Assembly: GCF_009914755.1 (NCBI RefSeq) | Contig: NC_060946.1 | Reading direction: 5' to 3' (one strand) | DNA length: 64,000 nucleotides | Source of the DNA: the human T2T-CHM13v2.0 reference genome, Homo sapiens | Part shown: in pieces, positions 1 to 15,073 of the stretch | Position numbering within the stretch: position 1 is the first letter of the stretch | Layout of the letters: each line of letters opens with the position of its first letter | Notes under the pieces: model-generated | Told to the model about the DNA's origin: nothing | The model's input: only the letters and a program-made list of their open reading frames with translations | The model's database searches: none | Translations under genes and position numbers: made by a program

Positions 1-77
<77 letters not shown>

Positions 78-100
78 CTTTTTTTTTTTCTCTCTCTCTC
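1..100. repeat. (CT)n microsatellite / polypyrimidine tract
   Basis: Direct reading: long TC dinucleotide run with a T run. Confidence 0.95.
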
Positions 101-277
101 AAAGGGCTGACCAGGCATCAGAGTCAACACAGGGCCAGTATTGCAAGCCCTCCAGGCTGTTCTCACAGTTTAGTTGGTGCCATGGGTACCACCAATGCTG
201 TGGGTCTAGCTACATCATGTTTATCTGATACCCCTCCCTAATATCTTTCCAAAAATTCCCTTTGTGCTTGAGGCAAC

Positions 278-473
278 TGTTTTGAGTTGAACTATATCTC
301 ACCCCAAAATGTATATGTTGAAGTCCTAACCCTCAGTACCTCCAAATATGACCAACCCTGCCAACACTTTGGCCTTGGACTTCTAGCCTCCAGAACCATG
401 AGAAAATTAACAGGTATTATTGAAGCCCTCCAGTCTGTGGTACTTTGTCATGGCAGCCCTATAAGCCAATACA
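278..473 (+). mobile_element. MaLR MLT1A/B-type LTR, internally deleted
   Basis: TGT...ATGTTGAAGTCCTAACCC 5' part joined to a TTGGACTTCTAGCCTCCAGAA...GGCAGCCCT...AATACA 3' part. Confidence 0.65.
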
Positions 474-2349
474 GCATCCATGGTCAGTTTCCACTATCTG
501 CAGTCCCTAAGTGATGCAGCTTATGACTTTTAAATTTGAGATGGGCGCAGACTGTGGTGATAAGCAGCATGGGATGGAAGTTAAAAGCCTGGACCTTGGA
601 GTCCAGCTGCCTAGGGTCAGATGTTCACTCTGCCATTTCTACTGCAGGACCCTGGGTCAGACCTTTCATGTCTCTGTGAGCCTTGGGTTGCTCATCTCTA
701 AAAAGGAGCTAATAGTTTCATTTTCCTCATGGGGGTGCTACAAATAGGATTAAAATATGAAAAATAGAACAGTGCATGGCACAAAGTAAGTGCTGCATAG
801 GTATTATTTATTACATCTATTGTCCTCTTGGTGGAAAGACAAATGTGTAAGAGAATCAGAGAAGGCTTGTCTTAGAGGTGGGATTGGAGCTGGGCTCTAC
901 CCAGCCTTCTGTGGGATGTTCTTCTCTCTCAGGTTCTGCCCAAGTGAAGTTTTTCCCCCTTCATCTACCTCAGGACCATGGGGTGGGCGCTCTAGTTCAT
1001 GAGCATCTATGATGAAGAGGCTACATCTACACAAAGATTACCCACCACGTTTTAAGCCATGGAACCATACAAAGAGGAGTTGGGAGAACCCTGCCTCCTC
1101 ACCCCCTTCTCCTTGCCCAACAGTGGGTGGGGGTGGGGGTCTGAGGGTGCTGTGGAGGGCAGTGTGAAAACAGCCAGTTCTAATCCAAACCACCCATTTT
1201 ACACCCGTGGAAACTGAAGCTCAGAGAAGAAAAGTGCTGCCCCCAAAGTCACGTAGCCAGCTCATGGCAGGGCTAAAAGCAGGAGCCAGGTCTTGACACT
1301 GGGAATAAAAAGCCATCATAAACCATTTATGACCCCCTTATGCCAAGAAGAGAAATGATGTGAAGAGAGGAGGAAATAGAGTTTCCTACTGCCTGGAGCA
1401 GCCATGGGATGTCAGTCCTTAGAGGAAACTAAAATGCCGGAGAGATTTGGAAGCTGGGCTGGCAGGCCATGGCCCCTGCACTGACATTACCCCACCCTGA
1501 CCCTAGACAGCCTGGCCCTTGGGCTGCCGGCCCCACACTATGCCCTGCGAGTCACTGACCCTCCTTTCCCTTGCCTCCCTTTCCAGCTGGGGGTCTTCCC
1601 TTACCTCTTCCTCCCTCTCATCTTGATTTGACATGTTGTGGCTTCGTAAAAGGAACATTGAACGAAATAGACAGAGCTGGATCCAGAGGGAAATTTAAAC
1701 TCTTCAGCAGTGGGCACAGTACAGACCCTGACTAATCATATGTGCAGTGCTGTGTAAGCAACTTAGGTGTTCATTTCACTCTCACAACCACCCTATAAAG
1801 TAGACACCATTCATAGCCCGCTTTTACACATGAGGAAACGGAGGCACTAGAGCAAGTTGCTCACGTGAGGTTATCAGCTTCCAAGTGGCAGGATTAGAAC
1901 CCTGCTCAAGGCCAAGCCTGTGCACCTGACCACATCTTTATATGGACCCCAGGTAAATGGAGGTGGCTAAAGTAACCCGTGAATGTGTAATGGTCACTTT
2001 TAAGCCTTTGTAGAGGTTGACTCCTTTCCCTACACAAACTCCATGTGTCCTCACTGTCCTTCCTGCCAACCCCAAGCATGCCAGGTGTAGCCCCACCTCT
2101 GTGATTTTCTCACATGGTCTCACTTGCCCAGAAGGGTCACACCTTGCTCCCTCTCAACCCAAGCCCTTCTGTCTGCAAAACAGCAAGAAATTCAGATGAG
2201 GTGGTACCAGATAGGGAGCACAGGCGTGGGGAAATGAGACCTTTATCCTCACTCATCAGCTGTGTGACCTTGAGTAAGTGCCTGCGTAAGTGCTGGAGCT
2301 CTCTCGGTCTCAGTTATCTCATTCATTAGGTCAGAAGCAACAGCAACTA

Positions 2350-2729
<380 letters not shown>

Positions 2730-5700
2730 TCAAGAAACTGGCTGCTGTGCAAGGGGCTCACGTATGAGCCAGGGGACTGGGGACACCACTCAGTGTCAAC
2801 CTAAATAATTCCAGAAACATTTTGTGTCCCAGCCTAAACTGGGGACCCCACCCTGCTTATGAGTTCTCCAGCTTTTGGGGGTTCTGACCCCACAAAGGAT
2901 GCAGCCACCCTGGGTTTCTCGGGGAAAGCCAAGGCCCTGGGAGGTAACTCCACCAGCTCTGTTAGCCTCCCCTGCTCAGCCCCCTGAATCTCCCATCCAC
3001 ACTTCATCATCATACAGCACAGCCTTCCCCAGACTCTGTGAATAAAAGGCCACCCTGGTCAATGGGGCTGACACAAGGGACTGAACGCCCTCCTCTCCAG
3101 TGACCCAGGATGGCCCCTGGTGCCCACTGACCTGTGGTTTCTAATGACAGCCCTACAGAAAGTAACTGAATCTCAACCCAATGGCCTTGGAGTCTTGTTA
3201 AGGATGGTTGCCCGCAGAGATGGCAATACCAAGAGAGTTTCAGTTCCCTGGTCTGACTCACTCCGCCTCCCCAAAAGCCCCATCAGTCAAAGGGAAGAGT
3301 GACCTTTCACTCTGGATGCAAAATAAATGTTGCCCCCTCGGTGTCTTTCAAGCATCTTTTCCTTCCCCTAGCCAGCCACACCCGGCCATCCATCCTGGCA
3401 GCCAAGCTCCCACCAACAGCACCCTGCCAGCTCCTTCCACAACCACCCAGGCAAAGTCTGCTCTGAACAGAGAGGGAAGCATTGGCAGATGGGCCAGGAG
3501 GGAAGCTGCAGCAAGGAGTGGGGGACTCTGGACTCGGCATCAGGATGCTCAGCCTGAGCCTAACAGCAGCTCAGGAAGAAGAGGGAACCCCAAGAATGTG
3601 GAACCCTCATTTATAACCACCACTTTATCTTATGGGTTGGAAAAACTGGGCTCCAAAGCAGGGAGTGACTTGGCCAAGGGCTGAAATAAAATTTCCTGGT
3701 AGAGCCCAGCCTGGCTTCTAAAGCCATGCCTTCTCCTGTGCAGAACCATCTTTGCCCATCAACCCTCAAACAAGCACACAGTAAGCACTGCCAGGCACCA
3801 GCCCATTGGCTACAGCCATGGGATTTACAAGACGTGTTCACATCCGAGATCTCCTGAGCCCCAACAGCAAATCTCAGCATCCTCTACAAAGCCAGGCACA
3901 CGCACATTTCTCCCCAAAGCCTGGGGTCTGCACTACCCTTTGGGAAACATAAAGACAGGTCAACCCCTGCTTGGCACAGACAGTTGACCTCGCAGTGATG
4001 CTGCATAAAATGTCCAAGCTCAGCATCTCTGAAGCCACAAGCACTGAGTGAAACCTGACTGGATGAATGGGTGGGTGGATGAATGAATGAACAGAAGGAA
4101 CCACTTCTTTTCCAATATATTGTCTGTGATTTTAAAAAGAGGGTGGGGAGTTTCCAAATATGAGGTGTTCGCTTCCTGGTGGAAAGAATACACAGGCCTC
4201 CCCAGAGGGTCTTTCCATTTGAGCTAAGCAAAAAGTCATGGGCCCATAGCAATGTCTGGAACCTCTAAACCATTTTATCAGCTTCTCAAAACCTGGTCAC
4301 AGTGGGGAAACTGAGGCAAATTCATTTGGTGAAAAACCACAGGTTCTTGACCCAGACTGCCACATACTTTGTGTGGGACCTCGATCAAGTTACTTAACAG
4401 CATAATGGCTGAGCTTGACTGCTTTGCCAAGGAAAAGGAAAGAGATGGTGAGGCCCCAGGAGGAGACCCCCATGGAAAACTGGTTAAAAACACAGGGTCT
4501 GGAGCCAGACCATCAACCCAGGTGAAGTTATAACATCTCTGTGACTCAGTTTCCTCCCCAGTAATCGGGGATCCCATCCTTTCCTTGTTGGATGATGGTG
4601 GGAATGAGATGGGTGCCAGGAACACTGCCTGTCCCAGCAAGGACTCCCAGGGGCCTGGGATTCTCAAAGGGGTGCCACCTCCATTGGATGCCCCTTTCCT
4701 TGAGAAACCCCAAAGCCCTTTCAGAGGCTGTTCAGCTGTAACCTCACTCCAAGGGCAGTTTTCTGGATCTCAGTAGCCTTCCTCTTCAAGTTACTGTGAT
4801 GTCAGAGACATGAAGAAAGTGCCCTCCGCAGACAGAGGGCACCAGGCAAGGAGAGCAATGTCATGGAATGAGACGACATCCACGAAGAATGCGGCCCCCT
4901 ACCCAGGCGGCCCACTCGCCCGACAGAGCATTTTTCCTAACCAGCACGGTGGGCCTGCACCAGGACCAGGAAAGGAGAACATGAAACAAAATGGTCCATA
5001 ATTAGAATGGCAATAAAAGCAGGGGGGAGGAGGAAGGCAGTGAACTCTATTAATAGTGCTAATAAATGTTCCAGGATAATACCGCTGTGTTCTGAACCTG
5101 CCCGTGGGAGGTGTTGCTTATACTCATTTGCATATTAATTTGGAAGGAAAATGCTGGGCTCTTTCTGCTGGGATAAATCAATTCCAGTGGAAGTTCTCAG
5201 ATGGGAAGCAGCTAATTCTTCTTCCCTTTTCCTCCCAGCAGGAAGACACCCATTTGCTGCCAGGAAAATATTTTTAAGAGCCACCATGGTGTGAAAAAAA
5301 CTAGGCCAGAAAACTATAGGCGAAGTGCAGACTTCGCAGATGGCTGGAGCCATGCCGCGATGAGCTTAGGTAAGGCCCAGCTTAGAGGAGACTCAGGAGC
5401 CAGGATGAACCAGAGAGAAACCTGGCTTCCCTTGAATAACACCATTGGAGCAAAGATGGCCACCTTGAATTCCAGTGTTTATTGATTGGTACTGGCTGGT
5501 AATGGAACGACAGAGTTGAGAAGGATTTTAAATCCAGGACCAGACTCAGAGGACAGAGTGCGGTGATCAATTGGTGATGTCTGCCACGGGAGACAGTATG
5601 GTAGGATGCAAGATGTCTGTCACGCTGCCCTGAGGAGAGTCACTGTTCATAACCTGAAACGGGGCATTATGGGCCATTCAAAGCAGGCAGGGTAGAAAAT

Positions 5701-6665
5701 GGGAACAAAACTTCAGAGCAGCCAAGCAGAGCGATAGGCCAAAGAATGTAGAGAGACATAGCCCAAAGAATGCTGAGCATCTACTATGTTTTGGACACTT
5801 CAGATGTGGAGGATACGGAGATGACTAAGGCAATGCTTTAAGACATTAAAACTAATAAAGACAGGCATGTAAACAAGACTTATGCTGTAATGAGACATCA
5901 CTCCTCTGCTTCTTCTAATTACTGGGCTGCCCCTTCCCGCATCCTCCACAAGCTGCTATTTCTCCACTTCTCTTGTTTATTAATACAACATAGAGATTCC
6001 TTCCTTGTATCTTTTAGCTCCTCTCCTCACTGTGCATACTCACAAGGGAATCTCTCACTCCTCAAGCTTGAACTTCCTCCTCTGCACCAACAGCTCTCAA
6101 AAGTTAGTCTCAAGCCACAGTTTTTCTTCCCAACACCTTTCTTGGATGCACTTTAGGCATCTCCATGATTACAATCCCCATTTTGAAGATGGGGAAACTA
6201 AGGCTCAGAGGGATTCCATAACTTCCCCAAGGCTAAACAGCTAGCAGGTGGTAAAGATTAGACCCAAGGTCTGTGTGACCAGGGCCTGCACCCCAACCCC
6301 CAGACCATTCTGCTGCCAGCCAATACTGCCCATAACAGCATCACAATTGACCCCAGGAAGAACCTCGCTTACAGGGCGAGATGCCTGAAGACAAACACAG
6401 GACATTTCTTCCTCTCACCTCTCTCAACCACAGCCTATGCTGCTTATGATGAGATGTGGGCTGTTACGGTTACTGGATGGGACACTAACCAGATATGCAG
6501 GAGGGCTGTGAAGGCAGGAGACGGTTGAGGTTCTGTGACTTTGAGTAAAGCCTGTTTCTTTCGAGCTGTACATTCTTATGACATGACACCGTTCACTCTC
6601 ATATATCATGAGATTAGCAGTCACCAGACTTCTCCAGTAAACAAGATCCTAAAAGCAGAGTCCTG

Positions 6666-7017
<352 letters not shown>

Positions 7018-7655
7018 TCAGAGAGGTCACCATCTTTCTTTCCCAGAGCCCCAGCAGAGCAGAGACCAAGCCCAGAGAGCTCAGGCTTCCAGCCCCAGGA
7101 GTTTCCTTTCAATACCAGAATTCTTTCTCTAAAACAGGCCAAAACTAATTCTGAGTGGTGTTTATTAAGCATAGAAATTGAGGAAAAGAGATGTTAGCAC
7201 GATGATCATGTATTTAAAACATGAATTTTTCAAAGGATCTATTTGTCAGGGAAAATCCTTGGTGCTCTGTATTCCATGTTGCTGCATAGAAAAGAGCTGT
7301 GAACACTGGGTGTCTGGGGTCATGGACCACTGCTACGTCCCAGGGCTCTAGTACTTGAAGAGTGGGCACTCCTGGCATCCCTTCCACACAGAAAGGAGAG
7401 ACTGTTCAACATCACCCCTCAAAGAGGTCTTCTCTCTGACCACCCTCCAAGTCCACAAGAGCAGCTTCATCCTCCTGGGTGCCCACCTGCTCGTTCCTCA
7501 GAGCGCTCCCTAGTTGCAGGGAAAGGGAGTGTGGCATCAGGGCCAAAAGCAGGGGTTCCAGGACCAGACTGCCTATGTTCCAACCCCAGCTATTTTCTAC
7601 TGGCTGGGTGGCTGCAGGCTACTCACCTCCCTGTGTCTCAATACCCTCACCCCTA

Positions 7656-8045
<390 letters not shown>

Positions 8046-10199
8046 TTAGAATGGTGCCCAGCACACAGCGAGAGTTTGCCCTCATTAGATTCTTTTTTTT
8101 TTTTTGCTGCTTTCTGTCTTCCCCTCTAGCAAGGAAACTCCGCCATAGCAGAGATTTTGTTTTGTCTGCCACTGAATCCTCAACATCTAGAATAGTTGCT
8201 GGCACTAACCATGGGTCTATTTGCAGAATAGTTGTTTAACACAAGCTCTGCCAGGCACAAGACAAGGTCAAGGTAAAATAACTCAGAAGGCACAGAGTGG
8301 AGGTGTCTATAAGGAGGAAATGTGAACAGATTGTCAAAATGTGGAGTGCAGAGATCAGTGATCCAAAGAAGGGAGGCTTTGCGGTCAAAGCTGGGTCTGA
8401 GCCCTTGCAGTGCCATCGTCTGGAGGTAGGCCATTGTCTGGAGGTGGAGGAGCAGCTGCACCTCTTGGAGCCTGTCTCTTCGCCTATGAAATAGGTGTTC
8501 TCCTCCTGCATGTGGGTTAGAGTGAGGTGGAAGCAATCACATCCATGTCATGTGTGCAGGAGTTCAGTAAATGTCAAGCTCTTTTCCCTGAGCTCCGGCT
8601 TCTGCGGAGCCTTCTCCCACCATGAGCTCCCCATGCCCGAGCCCTACTGACTGGGAGATGGTTGCCTCCATTAACAAGACCTCCTCTTCCCAGCCAGAAC
8701 TCATCTCTGCTTCCCAATAAGAGAGACATGCTGTTTCAGTTACACTCCTAGCTGGAGGTGGGAGGGGGTTAAGCTCCTGTTTTTGTTTTTACAATGCAAA
8801 ATTTGTCAACTTGGTGCAGTTGACAGACTGTCTCTGTGTCACCGCGCTGGTTTCTTTAATTGCTTTCTCTGCATGCGAGCATCTGTATGTGTGTGTCTCT
8901 GTGTTCCCTGAGAAAGGCGTGCTTGCTTCAGCAGAAAAGGCGCTGATTCCAGAAGACGGGCCTGTCCCTTAGTACATCTGGCTGGGACCTCTGAGACACA
9001 ATATGGGGTGGATGAAGGGACCTTTCTGGGAGTCAGGAAACTGGGATTCTGGTCCACATTCTTCCCCTAAAATAATAGTAATCATTGCATCAAAGTCAAT
9101 AATAATAGTGTGACATATGCTAAAAGAGGACTCTTTCTAGCTCAGTTTCCATTTCAGGTCCCAGGACATTCCATATTCAAGGTGAGTCCTCATCCCCACT
9201 CCAGGATGTATGAAGGTTGCCACGGGATCCCTGTTCTCCCATCCTTGGGCGACCACACCTCTGATCCAGTAAAAGTTGCAGCAGCTTCAGGAGCGTTTGG
9301 ATACGGAGGGACTTTTATTTGGAGAGCCAAACCTTGTCCAAGATGGTGGAATAGAGGTAAGCATACTTCCCTCTCACCTCAAGCCCAGTGAGATGGTCTT
9401 CAAGGAGGCCATTGGGGACCTTCCCTGGGTCTGAGTGGTTTTCACACCATGGTCTGCCATGCAACACACACCTAAAGAATCTAGGGGTGAGAGGCTGTGG
9501 CTACCAGCCTGAAGCAGTGAGCAGGGGGAGGGAGGCACGACATGTCAAGATTGAGCTACCTGTCCCCCAGAATGTGGACAAAGCTGGGCCAGATGCGGGC
9601 CACAAGGAGGAGCCAGTCTGGCACCTACCCAAGTGGACTGAGGCAAGATGATCTCAAAAGCAGAACTGACTGACCGTCAGGTTCCAGGTGCAGCGGGAGA
9701 AAATTTAAGTGCACATTTGGTCATCTTGTGACCCCGAGGGGAGCCGATACAAGCTAAAAGTGGAAGAGCATTGAGACTGAAAAAACCTGAGTCCCCAGTG
9801 ACGTCACTGAGCCACTGAATGAGCCAACCTTGGCCCCTCCAACCTCAGGACTTCCCAGCATGTCCTCGTTATCTAAGCCATCTGAACTTTCTGGTTCTTG
9901 AATCCAAGCTGATACGAGCAATTTGCCCTAAAGTCTGTAATTAGCAAGTGGAAAAGTTGAAACTGGATGATAGGCCTGGGGGCCTCTGAGTCCAGTGCTT
10001 GTCATGGGTCACTGCGCTGAGATGTTCAGATGTTCGTGGGAAAAGTGCTGTGGATGCTCACATCACAGACACGTGAGCCCAAGTCACAGCTGAGACATGG
10101 GTAGCATGCAAAACTGAGGAAACAAGATGGTAAAAAGCGTTAAGAGAGCAAAAGTGGAAGCTGTAAGCACCCATCAGGATACAGCAAGGACTCCATACA

Positions 10200-10715
10200 A
10201 GTGTATTCTGAGAAACTGTCATAGACCAGAGGAGACAGGGGTGGGGGAAGACATGACATCTAAATGCCAGGTGGTGACGTGGATTGGATCCTGGAAGAGA
10301 AAAAGGATGCTGGCTTCCGAGTACTGCTGAACTGTGGGTGGGTGGCTGCAGGACTCTCAGGTGACCCTCTTGGTGTTTGAGTAAAGTGCCCCAAGGTGGA
10401 AAAAAAAAAAAAAAAGCCAGGTGTGGTGACTCACGCCTGTAATCCCAGCACTTTGGGAGGCCAAAGCGGGTGGATCACGAGGTCAGGATTTTGAGACCAG
10501 CCTGGCCAGGATGGTGAAACCCCATCTCTACTAAAAATATAAAAAAAAAAAAAAATTATTTAAGCCATCTGAGCTTTCCGGTTCTTGAAAACTGATGAAC
10601 TCCAAATAAAGTCTACAGTTCGGTTAATAGTAATGTACTAATCTCAGCTTCTTAGTTTTGACAAATGTACCATAGTAATGTAAAGATGTTAACAATGGGG
10701 AAAACGGGGTGGGCT
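10200..10715 (+). mobile_element. Old L1M 3' end fragment interrupted by a composite insertion (10311-10589)
   Basis: GGATCCTGGAAGAGAAAAAGGA on the left and AAACTGATGAACTCCAAATAAAGTCT...GTAAAGATGTTAACAATGGGG on the right resemble adjacent parts of L1MC/ME 3' consensus sequences. Confidence 0.6.
10416..10555 (+). mobile_element. Alu left arm only
   Basis: GCCAGGTGTGGTG...CCATCTCTACTAAAAATATA followed by an A run; the right arm is absent. Confidence 0.9.
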
Positions 10716-11859
10716 CCTTCGACCCAACCACCTACCTGGCATTAGGGTTAGAGCTGGGTCAGAGCCTGGGAGGCCTCCTGCCTTCTCTTCATGACCATTC
10801 CAGGATCCAGCCACTCAACTTCATGGTCTATGTTTAGAAAATCCTAAAAGCAAACAGCTATAGCCTCTCCATCCCCCTGAAATCAGCATCATAAATCTCA
10901 ATTCTAAAAGTTAATAACATTTGTCTTTGCATTTATGGCATTACTATTATAGAGCAGTCTGCCCAGGCTCAAGGTGGCTATAGGAAATGGTTTCGTTTGA
11001 TGAACTGCCTCAGCCTGTCCCCACCAAGTTGTGATCTGGCTTCTTCTAATGGAGGGATAGCAGAAGCTGTAGGAGGGATAGGCTGGCTACGATGATTCAG
11101 AATGGCTTGAGGGTTCCCAATTAACAGTGTTAAAGTAGGGTGGGCAGCTTTTTCTGCAGATCATAATTCCTGAGGGTGCTCATCACTCCAGTGTTTAGGG
11201 ACATACCTGCCTTGGTCGCAAGAATTCTAACAGAAGAACCCAAAGGAAATGGGAAAGCTAGAGTAGAAAAGTGAAACTGGCTCATCCTCTCCCCTCTACC
11301 TGCTCCTCCACTAGACCTACCAACCCAAACATGAAAATCCCATCCATCCTTCAGAGTCCAAGTCAGATCCCACCTCTCTCTCTCTCTCTCTCCACCCCCA
11401 CCCCCCACACACACAGTGGTAGTCAATCTCTCACTCCCCTAAGATCCTGTCAAAGCTTGCACCTGTGCCTCTATCATAGCACTTGTCAGAGTCAACCTGG
11501 ATGGATGGAGGGATGCACTCATTCATTCATTCATTCACTCAGTGAATATTTATTGAGCACATACTATGGGCTACATTCTGAGGATATCATATATAATATC
11601 AACCAAAACAGACAGCAGCCATGGAGCCATGGCCTCATGGAGCCAGCAGTCTAATTGCTCATATGAGTCCATCTCCCCCATTAACTGTGGTGTCTGGAGT
11701 CAGGGACCTCTATCTCCTTCATCCCAGACCCCCAGTGCTCAGCACAGTGAGGAGCACAAGACATGCTTTCTGAATGCACAATCAAATGGATTAATCAACC
11801 AACATTAAGAACCCGCCTATCTCTTTCTTAAGACGCTCAAGTGTCCCCAGTTGTCTGCA

Positions 11860-12082
11860 TCAGAGTCAGAAAACTGCAGCCCACGGGCCAAACTCAAACA
11901 TTACCTGTTTTTCTAAATAAAGTTTTATTAGAACACAGCCACACTGATTTGCTCACACACTGTCAATGGCTACTTTCATGTTACCATAGCAGCAGTAAGT
12001 GTTTGAGACAGAGACTGTATGATTCACAAAGCCAAAAATATTGACTCCCTGTTCCTTTACAAAAAAAGGCTTGCTAACCTCG
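11860..12082. mobile_element. MER58A-like hAT-Charlie DNA transposon
   Basis: GCCCACGGGCCAAA...AATAAAGTTTTATTAGAACACAGCCACAC...AGCCAAAAATATT...TTGCTAACC. Confidence 0.75.
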
Positions 12083-12423
12083 GATCTACGGAATAAAGCC
12101 CAAGCTTAGAGTAGCATCAGGGCCCACGAACACATCTCTCCATTCTAGTCTGCGTTCTGCATATGCCTAACTGCCCACAGCTCCCTGATAGGCCCAGCCT
12201 ACTAGTGCCTTTAGGATTTTTTTGCCTGCTTGGAATAGTCTTATCCCCAAACCTTTCCACCCAGCTAACTTCAAAACTACACACAGAGTCAGCTCAAGCA
12301 TCTCCTTCAGGTTGTCTACCTCCTCTTCCTCCCTTTCCCCACCTCCTGACCAATTCGGGCATTCCCCCAGGCTCCCACCACATCCAAATTCTTCTCTATT
12401 GTGGCTCCTATCACCAGTACTGA

Positions 12424-12819
<396 letters not shown>

Positions 12820-14693
12820 GATGTCTTATTTATTGCTCTCTTCCCCAGGACTTGACGCAGGGCAAGTTCTCAGTGAGCAATGTGAACAGAACTATGTGCC
12901 TCTCCATCACTTTCCTTAGTTCTAAATGCTCCCCACTCCCAGTGCCCAGCCTCCCACTAGCTCAGAGAGAACAGGAGCATAGAAATTGAGTCCAAGGGGA
13001 AAATTCCAGTTATATAAACCAGGGATGATCCAGGGTTTGGTACCCGTGAGTGGGAGTTGATGGTGACGGGAGGTTGAGTGTTATTATAACACAAAAGAGG
13101 GCAGAAGTGGCAAGGGCAGAAACCCAGGAGGGACCCTTACCCAGGTTCCTATTGGCTGCCGCACAGGGAGACCAGCTGGGGCATCTCCTCTGGCAGCTCA
13201 GAGCCAGGGGTACTGCCAGGGTGTGGCTAACCGGGTGGAGTGGGAATGAATAGGATCATGCCTGTGGCCTGGCACAGGGAGGTCACCAAGGCTTCCCTGC
13301 TTTGTCCCTCACCCCCTGTGATCTCTTCACAGAGAAGCCAGAGGGAACCTTTTGTAAAATAAGTGAGATCATGCCATATCCCTGCTGTCTGCCCTCCCAC
13401 AGCTTCCCAGTACCCCTGGGATCAAATCCCATGTCCTTGCTGTGGTCCATCAGGCCCTACATCAGCTATGGGGTCTGCTCCCATGCCACGATGGTCCTCA
13501 CTCTAAGACCCAGGATGATGGAGAGTCACTATCCAGAATGTAGCAGATGACTTGCCAGACGGAAAAGAGAACGTGGCAAAGCATGAACGCTGGCATACAT
13601 AATTCTGTGCAGACTTTATTCTGAATGAATGAAGCCCACATTCAATGGGACCCGGAAGTATGATCATCTTGCAGGAAGGGAAGAAGAGGATGGTGACCAG
13701 TAGTAATCAGTCTTCCAGAGGCTAAGAGCTCTGTTTTGATTCTCTATCCGTAGTCTCTAAAATGGTGCCTAGCTTGATTAGGTGTTCAATTAATATTTGT
13801 TGGATGGATGACAACATCCAGGGATGACCCCAAGGTTAGATGGCAGTTTGACTTCCTTCCCGTGTTCTGAGCTGATGCTGTTCCAGATCAGATAGGCTCA
13901 ATGGCTTCTGACATATCCATGGAAGCTATGGAAGCCAGAAAAGCTAGCAGTGAATCTGACAACAGCCTTAGGTGCCCAGAGCCGGAAGGAAGTGTCAAGG
14001 GTGTTCCCAGTAAAGGAGTCCCTCCCAGTGAAGGCATCCCTCCCAATAAGGGAGTCCTCTTGTCCTCACACAGAATCCTCCTGGGGTGGGAATAGGGTTC
14101 TAGGCTTTGGCAGGGAAACCCCAGGCAGGGTTTCTGTGCAGGCCACTAATACAGACACTCAAGAGCCTAAGGACCCTGAGTTTAGCACTCAGACACCCAG
14201 GCCAGGATGGGTCTCTCAGAAGACCTGGGCCAGAAGGCAGCTGGGAAACCAGGACCTCATCAGAGTTTGGAAAATGGGCACACAGTTAACAAAAGAAAGA
14301 AAAAAAAGTTGGTGGGGGCGGGGATGCTCCAGGGAGCAGATGATGATTCTGAGCCCCAGAGCAGGGCAGTGACTTACCCCAGGTCACACAGCAGGGCCAG
14401 GGTTTGAACCCAGAATAGCAGAAACCACAGCAATAATGATGATGCCAGTAATCATAGCTAACCCTTCCTGAACTCTTATCATCTGCCAGGCACTATTATA
14501 AGCACTTTTCATACATAACTCACCTAGTAATTTTATGAGGTAAGTATTGTTATTCATCTCCATTTTATAGATGAGAAAACCGAGGTGCAGAGAGGTTAAG
14601 TGATTGATCCAAGCTCACACAGCTACGAAGTAGAAGAGCTAGAATTCGAGACTGGGTCTCTTTTGTCTCCCTGACTCCAGCCTCCATGTCTTT

Positions 14694-15073
14694 ATTCTTT
14701 TTATTTGTAAGATACATACATACATATATATATAAATTTTACTTTAAGTTCTGGGATACACGTGCAGAACATGCAGGTTTGTTAATGTGGCGTGGTGGTT
14801 TGCTGCACCTATCAACCCATCATCTAGGTTTTAAGCCCGGCATGCATTAGGTATTTGTCCTAATGCTCTCCCTCCCCTTGCCCCCAAACCCCTGACAGAC
14901 CCCGGTGTGTGATGTTCCCCTCCATGTGTCCATGTGTTCACATTGTTCAACTCCCACTTATGAGTGAGAACATGTGGTGTTTGGTTTTCTGTTCCTGTGT
15001 TAGTTTGCTGAGAATGATGGTTTCTAGCTTCAACCATGTCCCTGCAAAAGACATGATCTCATTCTTTTTCATG
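14694..15073 (-). mobile_element. 5'-truncated L1PA 3' end inserted into a MIR
   Basis: L1 3'UTR sequence; 18-bp TSD TCCAGCCTCCATGTCTTT at 14676-14693 and 15074-15091 followed by AA (endonuclease-type site). Confidence 0.92.

Noticed and set aside
1125-1147. G-quadruplex-capable G runs
   Set aside because: Common in the genome and not near a supported promoter or transcript.
9796-9809. 14-bp palindrome CAGTGACGTCACTG containing a full CRE
   Set aside because: Isolated motif inside old LTR-like sequence with no supporting context.
13995-14060. Short 18-bp imperfect tandem repeats (also at ~8412-8447)
   Set aside because: Only two or three degenerate copies; ordinary slippage products.
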